Source of the DNA: Octopus sinensis
Lineage: Eukaryota
Assembly: GCF_006345805.1 (NCBI RefSeq)
Contig: NC_043011.1
Coordinates: forward strand, 23,014,464-23,078,463
Direction of reading: 5' to 3'
Length of the DNA: 64,000 nt
The notes beneath the pieces are model-generated. The model saw only the letters and a program-made list of their open reading frames with translations. It was not told the origin of the DNA and did not search any database. Made by a program: the position numbers and the translations under genes. This document shows, one piece after another, positions 25,417 through 38,800 of this stretch (positions are counted from its first letter, which is position 1; each line of letters starts with the position of its first letter).

Positions 25417-25870
25417 TCTGAGTTCAAATTCCGTCGTGGTTGACTTTGCCTTTCACCCTTTCGGGGTCGATTAAATAAGTACCAGTTATGCGCTGGAGTC
25501 GATGCAATCGACTTAATCCCTTTGTTCTTGTTTGTCCCCTTCTATGTTTAGCCCCATGTGGGCAATAAAGAAATAAATATTAGTTTCAAATTTTGGTACA
25601 AGGCCAGTAGTTTCGAGAGAAGAGGTAAGTCGATTACATCGACCCCAGTACACAACTAGTACTTATTTTAGCGATCTCGAAAAAAAGGAAAAGTGAAGTC
25701 GACGGAATTTGAACTCAGAACGTAAGCGACGGACGAAAGTATTTTCGCTCGACGTGCTAATGATTCTTCCAGTTCGTCGCCTTCGTTCATAATAACAATA
25801 TTGGTTTCAAGTTTTGGCACAAGGCCAGCCATTTCGGGGAAGGGTGTAAGTCGATTACATCGACCTCAGT
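25417..25870. mobile_element. Three fragments of the 13.3-14.9 kb SINE family (one plus, two minus)
   Basis: ctgagttcaaattccg...cctttcggggtcgattaaataagtaccag, and gtaagtcgattacatcgacc twice. Confidence 0.75.
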
Positions 25871-26689
25871 GTCAGGAGACGTAAGCTATACCCGATGTAT
25901 TTTCTCCAACACTCTAACGAGAATACAAAGAAATAAGTCACGGGGGAAAGGGTTACAAAAAAAAAAATACCTTGCTTTAAAAAATGAATAAAAGTCTCTT
26001 TTTCACATATGTGTAATGCTATCATATATAGTGTACAAGCTATATGTTGTCGATAAATGACTAACTGAAATCTTTGTTTCACTGTCATACTTTCCTTAAG
26101 AAAATGAATAAAAAGGATTTATTTTTTATTTTGCTTTCTTTTTCCTTTTCTTTTTTCATGTGTGTAATGCCAACATATATAATTTGTGTACAAGTCATTA
26201 GTAATTAATAATTAGGTTAAATATAATTTTTGCTTTATTAGTTTAATTGTTTATAGTATATAAATAAAATGTGATTATTTTTCCCACTGACGGTTACTGT
26301 GACTTTCTTTCCAGACACGTCTAACGTCCCTACCAGATCACCAACTCAACAATTTATCTAGTTTCCTTACTTTTTTTTGTAGCTTTTTAAATTTTCACTT
26401 CTTCCCAAACCTGACAATCTCGTCCTATCCTTATTTCTTATCCCTTTCAAACATTGACTCAAGCTCCTTTCCCCTTCTATAACTTCCTCTCCCCACTCTA
26501 AAATAAACTCATTTTCTCTCTCATTAGCACTTCTTTCCTCTCGATAGGTCATTGATTTTGTGTGTTTTCTTAACCAATTTCCTCTCTACGTAATCATACT
26601 AGTCACCACTAGCTCCGACAGAGAAAACATTGTTTTCTCACTATTTGCTTCGATTTTTTTATCGTGTCTTTGTTCTGTGACAAGGAACA

Positions 26690-26731
<42 letters not shown>

Positions 26732-26863
26732 GTTCTCCATATCGAATATATTCTTTTACTGTATCCTATTGTGCAAGGCCAGCTCCTTTAGTAACATTCC
26801 ACAGCAATTTTGTCTCTTTGAAACAGTTTTTTTGTAGACGTTTAGTCCTTGCACCAAAAACTG

Positions 26864-29800
26864 AATAACAGCCAGACACATCGTGATTGTATAACGGGAC
26901 AGTTGCCGCGCAAGAAACCTTCATCTGAAGATCCACTCGCATGAAAGCAGTCGAAAAATATATCCTAATCTGACATTATACTCATAAAAAAGCTGTGATG
27001 AAATAACAGCCAGACACATCGTGATTGTATAACGGGACAGTTGCCGCGCAAGAAACCTTCATCTGAAGATCCACTCGCATGAAAGCAGTCGAAAAATATA
27101 TCCTAATCTGACTTTATACTCATAAAAAAAGCTGTGATGAAATAACAGCCAGACACATCGTGATTGTATAACGGGACAGTTGCCGCGCAAGAAACCTTCA
27201 TCTGAAGATCCACTCGCATGAAAGCAGTCGAAAAATATATCCTAATCTGACTTTATACTCATAAAAAAAGCTGTGATGAAATAACAGCCAGACACATCGT
27301 GATTGTATAACGGGACAGTTGCCGCGCAAGAAACCTTCATCTGAAGATCCACTCGCATGAAAGCAGTCGAAAAATATATCCTAATCTGACTTTATACTCA
27401 TAAAAAAAGCTGTGATGAAATAACAGCCAGACACATCGTGATTGTATAACGGGACAGTTGCCGCGCAAGAAACCTTCATCTGAAGATCCACTCGCATGAA
27501 AGCAGTCGAAAAATATATCCTAATCTGACTTTATACTCATAAAAAAAGCTGTGATGAAATAACAGCCAGACACATCGTGATTGTATAACGGGACAGTTGC
27601 CGCGCAAGAAACCTTCATCTGAAGATCCACTCGCATGAAAGCAGTCGAAAAATATATCCTAATCTGACTTTATACTCATAAAAAAAGCTGTGATGAAATA
27701 ACAGCCAGACACATCGTGATTGTATAACGGGACAGTTGCCGCGCAAGAAACCTTCATCTGAAGATCCACTCGCATGAAAGCAGTCGAAAAATATATCCTA
27801 ATCTGACTTTATACTCATAAAAAAAGCTGTGATGAAATAACAGCCAGACACATCGTGATTGTATAACGGGACAGTTGCCGCGCAAGAAACCTTCATCTGA
27901 AGATCCACTCGCATGAAAGCAGTCGAAAAATATATCCTAATCTGACTTTATACTCATAAAAAAAGCTGTGATGAAATAACAGCCAGACACATCGTGATTG
28001 TATAACGGGACAGTTGCCGCGCAAGAAACCTTCATCTGAAGATCCACTCGCATGAAAGCAGTCGAAAAATATATCCTAATCTGACTTTATACTCATAAAA
28101 AAAGCTGTGATGAAATAACAGCCAGACACATCGTGATTGTATAACGGGACAGTTGCCGCGCAAGAAACCTTCATCTGAAGATCCACTCGCATGAAAGCAG
28201 TCGAAAAATATATCCTAATCTGACTTTATACTCATAAAAAAAGCTGTGATGAAATAACAGCCAGACACATCGTGATTGTATAACGGGACAGTTGCCGCGC
28301 AAGAAACCTTCATCTGAAGATCCACTCGCATGAAAGCAGTCGAAAAATATATCCTAATCTGACTTTATACTCATAAAAAAAGCTGTGATGAAATAACAGC
28401 CAGACACATCGTGATTGTATAACGGGACAGTTGCCGCGCAAGAAACCTTCATCTGAAGATCCACTCGCATGAAAGCAGTCGAAAAATATATCCTAATCTG
28501 ACTTTATACTCATAAAAAAAGCTGTGATGAAATAACAGCCAGACACATCGTGATTGTATAACGGGACAGTTGCCGCGCAAGAAACCTTCATCTGAAGATC
28601 CACTCGCATGAAAGCAGTCGAAAAATATATCCTAATCTGACTTTATACTCATAAAAAAAGCTGTGATGAAATAACAGCCAGACACATCGTGATTGTATAA
28701 CGGGACAGTTGCCGCGCAAGAAACCTTCATCTGAAGATCCACTCGCATGAAAGCAGTCGAAAAATATATCCTAATCTGACTTTATACTCATAAAAAAAGC
28801 TGTGATGAAATAACAGCCAGACACATCGTGATTGTATAACGGGACAGTTGCCGCGCAAGAAACCTTCATCTGAAGATCCACTCGCATGAAAGCAGTCGAA
28901 AAATATATCCTAATCTGACTTTATACTCATAAAAAAAGCTGTGATGAAATAACAGCCAGACACATCGTGATTGTATAACGGGACAGTTGCCGCGCAAGAA
29001 ACCTTCATCTGAAGATCCACTCGCATGAAAGCAGTCGAAAAATATATCCTAATCTGACTTTATACTCATAAAAAAAGCTGTGATGAAATAACAGCCAGAC
29101 ACATCGTGATTGTATAACGGGACAGTTGCCGCGCAAGAAACCTTCATCTGAAGATCCACTCGCATGAAAGCAGTCGAAAAATATATCCTAATCTGACTTT
29201 ATACTCATAAAAAAAGCTGTGATGAAATAACAGCCAGACACATCGTGATTGTATAACGGGACAGTTGCCGCGCAAGAAACCTTCATCTGAAGATCCACTC
29301 GCATGAAAGCAGTCGAAAAATATATCCTAATCTGACTTTATACTCATAAAAAAAGCTGTGATGAAATAACAGCCAGACACATCGTGATTGTATAACGGGA
29401 CAGTTGCCGCGCAAGAAACCTTCATCTGAAGATCCACTCGCATGAAAGCAGTCGAAAAATATATCCTAATCTGACTTTATACTCATAAAAAAAGCTGTGA
29501 TGAAATAACAGCCAGACACATCGTGATTGTATAACGGGACAGTTGCCGCGCAAGAAACCTTCATCTGAAGATCCACTCGCATGAAAGCAGTCGAAAAATA
29601 TATCCTAATCTGACTTTATACTCATAAAAAAAGCTGTGATGAAATAACAGCCAGACACATCGTGATTGTATAACGGGACAGTTGCCGCGCAAGAAACCTT
29701 CATCTGAAGATCCACTCGCATGAAAGCAGTCGAAAAATATATCCTAATCTGACTTTATACTCATAAAAAAAGCTGTGATGAAATAACAGCCAGACACATC

Positions 29801-32800
29801 GTGATTGTATAACGGGACAGTTGCCGCGCAAGAAACCTTCATCTGAAGATCCACTCGCATGAAAGCAGTCGAAAAATATATCCTAATCTGACTTTATACT
29901 CATAAAAAAAGCTGTGATGAAATAACAGCCAGACACATCGTGATTGTATAACGGGACAGTTGCCGCGCAAGAAACCTTCATCTGAAGATCCACTCGCATG
30001 AAAGCAGTCGAAAAATATATCCTAATCTGACTTTATACTCATAAAAAAAGCTGTGATGAAATAACAGCCAGACACATCGTGATTGTATAACGGGACAGTT
30101 GCCGCGCAAGAAACCTTCATCTGAAGATCCACTCGCATGAAAGCAGTCGAAAAATATATCCTAATCTGACTTTATACTCATAAAAAAAGCTGTGATGAAA
30201 TAACAGCCAGACACATCGTGATTGTATAACGGGACAGTTGCCGCGCAAGAAACCTTCATCTGAAGATCCACTCGCATGAAAGCAGTCGAAAAATATATCC
30301 TAATCTGACTTTATACTCATAAAAAAAGCTGTGATGAAATAACAGCCAGACACATCGTGATTGTATAACGGGACAGTTGCCGCGCAAGAAACCTTCATCT
30401 GAAGATCCACTCGCATGAAAGCAGTCGAAAAATATATCCTAATCTGACTTTATACTCATAAAAAAAGCTGTGATGAAATAACAGCCAGACACATCGTGAT
30501 TGTATAACGGGACAGTTGCCGCGCAAGAAACCTTCATCTGAAGATCCACTCGCATGAAAGCAGTCGAAAAATATATCCTAATCTGACTTTATACTCATAA
30601 AAAAAGCTGTGATGAAATAACAGCCAGACACATCGTGATTGTATAACGGGACAGTTGCCGCGCAAGAAACCTTCATCTGAAGATCCACTCGCATGAAAGC
30701 AGTCGAAAAATATATCCTAATCTGACTTTATACTCATAAAAAAAGCTGTGATGAAATAACAGCCAGACACATCGTGATTGTATAACGGGACAGTTGCCGC
30801 GCAAGAAACCTTCATCTGAAGATCCACTCGCATGAAAGCAGTCGAAAAATATATCCTAATCTGACTTTATACTCATAAAAAAAGCTGTGATGAAATAACA
30901 GCCAGACACATCGTGATTGTATAACGGGACAGTTGCCGCGCAAGAAACCTTCATCTGAAGATCCACTCGCATGAAAGCAGTCGAAAAATATATCCTAATC
31001 TGACTTTATACTCATAAAAAAAGCTGTGATGAAATAACAGCCAGACACATCGTGATTGTATAACGGGACAGTTGCCGCGCAAGAAACCTTCATCTGAAGA
31101 TCCACTCGCATGAAAGCAGTCGAAAAATATATCCTAATCTGACTTTATACTCATAAAAAAAGCTGTGATGAAATAACAGCCAGACACATCGTGATTGTAT
31201 AACGGGACAGTTGCCGCGCAAGAAACCTTCATCTGAAGATCCACTCGCATGAAAGCAGTCGAAAAATATATCCTAATCTGACTTTATACTCATAAAAAAA
31301 GCTGTGATGAAATAACAGCCAGACACATCGTGATTGTATAACGGGACAGTTGCCGCGCAAGAAACCTTCATCTGAAGATCCACTCGCATGAAAGCAGTCG
31401 AAAAATATATCCTAATCTGACTTTATACTCATAAAAAAAGCTGTGATGAAATAACAGCCAGACACATCGTGATTGTATAACGGGACAGTTGCCGCGCAAG
31501 AAACCTTCATCTGAAGATCCACTCGCATGAAAGCAGTCGAAAAATATATCCTAATCTGACTTTATACTCATAAAAAAAGCTGTGATGAAATAACAGCCAG
31601 ACACATCGTGATTGTATAACGGGACAGTTGCCGCGCAAGAAACCTTCATCTGAAGATCCACTCGCATGAAAGCAGTCGAAAAATATATCCTAATCTGACT
31701 TTATACTCATAAAAAAAGCTGTGATGAAATAACAGCCAGACACATCGTGATTGTATAACGGGACAGTTGCCGCGCAAGAAACCTTCATCTGAAGATCCAC
31801 TCGCATGAAAGCAGTCGAAAAATATATCCTAATCTGACTTTATACTCATAAAAAAAGCTGTGATGAAATAACAGCCAGACACATCGTGATTGTATAACGG
31901 GACAGTTGCCGCGCAAGAAACCTTCATCTGAAGATCCACTCGCATGAAAGCAGTCGAAAAATATATCCTAATCTGACTTTATACTCATAAAAAAAGCTGT
32001 GATGAAATAACAGCCAGACACATCGTGATTGTATAACGGGACAGTTGCCGCGCAAGAAACCTTCATCTGAAGATCCACTCGCATGAAAGCAGTCGAAAAA
32101 TATATCCTAATCTGACTTTATACTCATAAAAAAAGCTGTGATGAAATAACAGCCAGACACATCGTGATTGTATAACGGGACAGTTGCCGCGCAAGAAACC
32201 TTCATCTGAAGATCCACTCGCATGAAAGCAGTCGAAAAATATATCCTAATCTGACTTTATACTCATAAAAAAAGCTGTGATGAAATAACAGCCAGACACA
32301 TCGTGATTGTATAACGGGACAGTTGCCGCGCAAGAAACCTTCATCTGAAGATCCACTCGCATGAAAGCAGTCGAAAAATATATCCTAATCTGACTTTATA
32401 CTCATAAAAAAAGCTGTGATGAAATAACAGCCAGACACATCGTGATTGTATAACGGGACAGTTGCCGCGCAAGAAACCTTCATCTGAAGATCCACTCGCA
32501 TGAAAGCAGTCGAAAAATATATCCTAATCTGACTTTATACTCATAAAAAAAGCTGTGATGAAATAACAGCCAGACACATCGTGATTGTATAACGGGACAG
32601 TTGCCGCGCAAGAAACCTTCATCTGAAGATCCACTCGCATGAAAGCAGTCGAAAAATATATCCTAATCTGACTTTATACTCATAAAAAAAGCTGTGATGA
32701 AATAACAGCCAGACACATCGTGATTGTATAACGGGACAGTTGCCGCGCAAGAAACCTTCATCTGAAGATCCACTCGCATGAAAGCAGTCGAAAAATATAT

Positions 32801-35800
32801 CCTAATCTGACTTTATACTCATAAAAAAAGCTGTGATGAAATAACAGCCAGACACATCGTGATTGTATAACGGGACAGTTGCCGCGCAAGAAACCTTCAT
32901 CTGAAGATCCACTCGCATGAAAGCAGTCGAAAAATATATCCTAATCTGACTTTATACTCATAAAAAAAGCTGTGATGAAATAACAGCCAGACACATCGTG
33001 ATTGTATAACGGGACAGTTGCCGCGCAAGAAACCTTCATCTGAAGATCCACTCGCATGAAAGCAGTCGAAAAATATATCCTAATCTGACTTTATACTCAT
33101 AAAAAAAGCTGTGATGAAATAACAGCCAGACACATCGTGATTGTATAACGGGACAGTTGCCGCGCAAGAAACCTTCATCTGAAGATCCACTCGCATGAAA
33201 GCAGTCGAAAAATATATCCTAATCTGACTTTATACTCATAAAAAAAGCTGTGATGAAATAACAGCCAGACACATCGTGATTGTATAACGGGACAGTTGCC
33301 GCGCAAGAAACCTTCATCTGAAGATCCACTCGCATGAAAGCAGTCGAAAAATATATCCTAATCTGACTTTATACTCATAAAAAAAGCTGTGATGAAATAA
33401 CAGCCAGACACATCGTGATTGTATAACGGGACAGTTGCCGCGCAAGAAACCTTCATCTGAAGATCCACTCGCATGAAAGCAGTCGAAAAATATATCCTAA
33501 TCTGACTTTATACTCATAAAAAAAGCTGTGATGAAATAACAGCCAGACACATCGTGATTGTATAACGGGACAGTTGCCGCGCAAGAAACCTTCATCTGAA
33601 GATCCACTCGCATGAAAGCAGTCGAAAAATATATCCTAATCTGACTTTATACTCATAAAAAAAGCTGTGATGAAATAACAGCCAGACACATCGTGATTGT
33701 ATAACGGGACAGTTGCCGCGCAAGAAACCTTCATCTGAAGATCCACTCGCATGAAAGCAGTCGAAAAATATATCCTAATCTGACTTTATACTCATAAAAA
33801 AAGCTGTGATGAAATAACAGCCAGACACATCGTGATTGTATAACGGGACAGTTGCCGCGCAAGAAACCTTCATCTGAAGATCCACTCGCATGAAAGCAGT
33901 CGAAAAATATATCCTAATCTGACTTTATACTCATAAAAAAAGCTGTGATGAAATAACAGCCAGACACATCGTGATTGTATAACGGGACAGTTGCCGCGCA
34001 AGAAACCTTCATCTGAAGATCCACTCGCATGAAAGCAGTCGAAAAATATATCCTAATCTGACTTTATACTCATAAAAAAAGCTGTGATGAAATAACAGCC
34101 AGACACATCGTGATTGTATAACGGGACAGTTGCCGCGCAAGAAACCTTCATCTGAAGATCCACTCGCATGAAAGCAGTCGAAAAATATATCCTAATCTGA
34201 CTTTATACTCATAAAAAAAGCTGTGATGAAATAACAGCCAGACACATCGTGATTGTATAACGGGACAGTTGCCGCGCAAGAAACCTTCATCTGAAGATCC
34301 ACTCGCATGAAAGCAGTCGAAAAATATATCCTAATCTGACTTTATACTCATAAAAAAAGCTGTGATGAAATAACAGCCAGACACATCGTGATTGTATAAC
34401 GGGACAGTTGCCGCGCAAGAAACCTTCATCTGAAGATCCACTCGCATGAAAGCAGTCGAAAAATATATCCTAATCTGACTTTATACTCATAAAAAAAGCT
34501 GTGATGAAATAACAGCCAGACACATCGTGATTGTATAACGGGACAGTTGCCGCGCAAGAAACCTTCATCTGAAGATCCACTCGCATGAAAGCAGTCGAAA
34601 AATATATCCTAATCTGACTTTATACTCATAAAAAAAGCTGTGATGAAATAACAGCCAGACACATCGTGATTGTATAACGGGACAGTTGCCGCGCAAGAAA
34701 CCTTCATCTGAAGATCCACTCGCATGAAAGCAGTCGAAAAATATATCCTAATCTGACTTTATACTCATAAAAAAGCTGTGATGAAATAACAGCCAGACAC
34801 ATCGTGATTGTATAACGGGACAGTTGCCGCGCAAGAAACCTTCATCTGAAGATCCACTCGCATGAAAGCAGTCGAAAAATATATCCTAATCTGACTTTAT
34901 ACTCATAAAAAAAGCTGTGATGAAATAACAGCCAGACACATCGTGATTGTATAACGGGACAGTTGCCGCGCAAGAAACCTTCATCTGAAGATCCACTCGC
35001 ATGAAAGCAGTCGAAAAATATATCCTAATCTGACTTTATACTCATAAAAAAAGCTGTGATGAAATAACAGCCAGACACATCGTGATTGTATAACGGGACA
35101 GTTGCCGCGCAAGAAACCTTCATCTGAAGATCCACTCGCATGAAAGCAGTCGAAAAATATATCCTAATCTGACTTTATACTCATAAAAAAAGCTGTGATG
35201 AAATAACAGCCAGACACATCGTGATTGTATAACGGGACAGTTGCCGCGCAAGAAACCTTCATCTGAAGATCCACTCGCATGAAAGCAGTCGAAAAATATA
35301 TCCTAATCTGACTTTATACTCATAAAAAAGCTGTGATGAAATAACAGCCAGACACATCGTGATTGTATAACGGGACAGTTGCCGCGCAAGAAACCTTCAT
35401 CTGAAGATCCACTCGCATGAAAGCAGTCGAAAATATATCCTAATCTGACTTTATACTCATAAAAAAAGCTGTGATGAAATAACAGCCAGACACATCGTGA
35501 TTGTATAACGGGACAGTTGCCGCGCAAGAAACCTTCATCTGAAGATCCACTCGCATGAAAGCAGTCGAAAAATATATCCTAATCTGACTTTATACTCATA
35601 AAAAAGCTGTGATGAAATAACAGCCAGACACATCGTGATTGTATAACGGGACAGTTGCCGCGCAAGAAACCTTCATCTGAAGATCCACTCGCATGAAAGC
35701 AGTCGAAAAATATATCCTAATCTGACTTTATACTCATAAAAAAAGCTGTGATGAAATAACAGCCAGACACATCGTGATTGTATAACGGGACAGTTGCCGC

Positions 35801-38800
35801 GCAAGAAACCTTCATCTGAAGATCCACTCGCATGAAAGCAGTCGAAAAATATATCCTAATCTGACTTTATACTCATAAAAAAGCTGTGATGAAATAACAG
35901 CCAGACACATCGTGATTGTATAACGGGACAGTTGCCGCGCAAGAAACCTTCATCTGAAGATCCACTCGCATGAAAGCAGTCGAAAAATATATCCTAATCT
36001 GACTTTATACTCATAAAAAAGCTGTGATGAAATAACAGCCAGACACATCGTGATTGTATAACGGGACAGTTGCCGCGCAAGAAACCTTCATCTGAAGATC
36101 CACTCGCATGAAAGCAGTCGAAAAATATATCCTAATCTGACTTTATACTCATAAAAAAAGCTGTGATGAAATAACAGCCAGACACATCGTGATTGTATAA
36201 CGGGACAGTTGCCGCGCAAGAAACCTTCATCTGAAGATCCACTCGCATGAAAGCAGTCGAAAAATATATCCTAATCTGACTTTATACTCATAAAAAAAGC
36301 TGTGATGAAATAACAGCCAGACACATCGTGATTGTATAACGGGACAGTTGCCGCGCAAGAAACCTTCATCTGAAGATCCACTCGCATGAAAGCAGTCGAA
36401 AATATATCCTAATCTGACTTTATACTCATAAAAAAAGCTGTGATGAAATAACAGCCAGACACATCGTGATTGTATAACGGGACAGTTGCCGCGCAAGAAA
36501 CCTTCATCTGAAGATCCACTCGCATGAAAGCAGTCGAAAAATATATCCTAATCTGACTTTATACTCATAAAAAAGCTGTGATGAAATAACAGCCAGACAC
36601 ATCGTGATTGTATAACGGGACAGTTGCCGCGCAAGAAACCTTCATCTGAAGATCCACTCGCATGAAAGCAGTCGAAAAATATATCCTAATCTGACTTTAT
36701 ACTCATAAAAAAAGCTGTGATGAAATAACAGCCAGACACATCGTGATTGTATAACGGGACAGTTGCCGCGCAAGAAACCTTCATCTGAAGATCCACTCGC
36801 ATGAAAGCAGTCGAAAAATATATCCTAATCTGACTTTATACTCATAAAAAAAGCTGTGATGAAATAACAGCCAGACACATCGTGATTGTATAACGGGACA
36901 GTTGCCGCGCAAGAAACCTTCATCTGAAGATCCACTCGCATGAAAGCAGTCGAAAAATATATCCTAATCTGACTTTATACTCATAAAAAAGCTGTGATGA
37001 AATAACAGCCAGACACATCGTGATTGTATAACGGGACAGTTGCCGCGCAAGAAACCTTCATCTGAAGATCCACTCGCATGAAAGCAGTCGAAAAATATAT
37101 CCTAATCTGACTTTATACTCATAAAAAAAGCTGTGATGAAATAACAGCCAGACACATCGTGATTGTATAACGGGACAGTTGCCGCGCAAGAAACCTTCAT
37201 CTGAAGATCCACTCGCATGAAAGCAGTCGAAAAATATATCCTAATCTGACTTTATACTCATAAAAAAAGCTGTGATGAAATAACAGCCAGACACATCGTG
37301 ATTGTATAACGGGACAGTTGCCGCGCAAGAAACCTTCATCTGAAGATCCACTCGCATGAAAGCAGTCGAAAAATATATCCTAATCTGACTTTATACTCAT
37401 AAAAAAAGCTGTGATGAAATAACAGCCAGACACATCGTGATTGTATAACGGACAGTTGCCGCGCAAGAAACCTTCATCTGAAGATCCACTCGCATGAAAG
37501 CAGTCGAAAAATATATCCTAATCTGACTTTATACTCATAAAAAAAGCTGTGATGAAATAACAGCCAGACACATCGTGATTGTATAACGGGACAGTTGCCG
37601 CGCAAGAAACCTTCATCTGAAGATCCACTCGCATGAAAGCAGTCGAAAAATATATCCTAATCTGACTTTATACTCATAAAAAAAGCTGTGATGAAATAAC
37701 AGCCAGACACATCGTGATTGTATAACGGGACAGTTGCCGCGCAAGAAACCTTCATCTGAAGATCCACTCGCATGAAAGCAGTCGAAAAATATATCCTAAT
37801 CTGACTTTATACTCATAAAAAAAGCTGTGATGAAATAACAGCCAGACACATCGTGATTGTATAACGGGACAGTTGCCGCGCAAGAAACCTTCATCTGAAG
37901 ATCCACTCGCATGAAAGCAGTCGAAAAAATATATCCTAATCTGACTTTATACTCATAAAAAAGCTGTGATGAAATAACAGCCAGACACATCGTGATTGTA
38001 TAACGGGACAGTTGCCGCGCAAGAAACCTTCATCTGAAGATCCACTCGCATGAAAGCAGTCGAAAAATATATCCTAATCTGACTTTATACTCATAAAAAA
38101 AGCTGTGATGAAATAACAGCCAGACACATCGTGATTGTATAACGGGACAGTTGCCGCGCAAGAAACCTTCATCTGAAGATCCACTCGCATGAAAGCAGTC
38201 GAAAAATATATCCTAATCTGACTTTATACTCATAAAAAAAGCTGTGATGAAATAACAGCCAGACACATCGTGATTGTATAACGGGACAGTTGCCGCGCAA
38301 GAAACCTTCATCTGAAGATCCACTCGCATGAAAGCAGTCGAAAAATATATCCTAATCTGACTTTATACTCATAAAAAAAGCTGTGATGAAATAACAGCCA
38401 GACACATCGTGATTGTATAACGGGACAGTTGCCGCGCAAGAAACCTTCATCTGAAGATCCACTCGCATGAAAGCAGTCGAAAAATATATCCTAATCTGAC
38501 ATTATACTCATAAAAAAAGCTGTGATGAAATAACAGCCAGACACATCGTGATTGTATAACGGGACAGTTGCCGCGCAAGAAACCTTCATCTGAAGATCCA
38601 CTCGCATGAAAGCAGTCGAAAAATATATCCTAATCTGACTTTATACTCATAAAAAAAGCTGTGATGAAATAACAGCCAGACACATCGTGATTGTATAACG
38701 GGACAGTTGCCGCGCAAGAAACCTTCATCTGAAGATCCACTCGCATGAAAGCAGTCGAAAAATATATCCTAATCTGACTTTATACTCATAAAAAAAGCTG

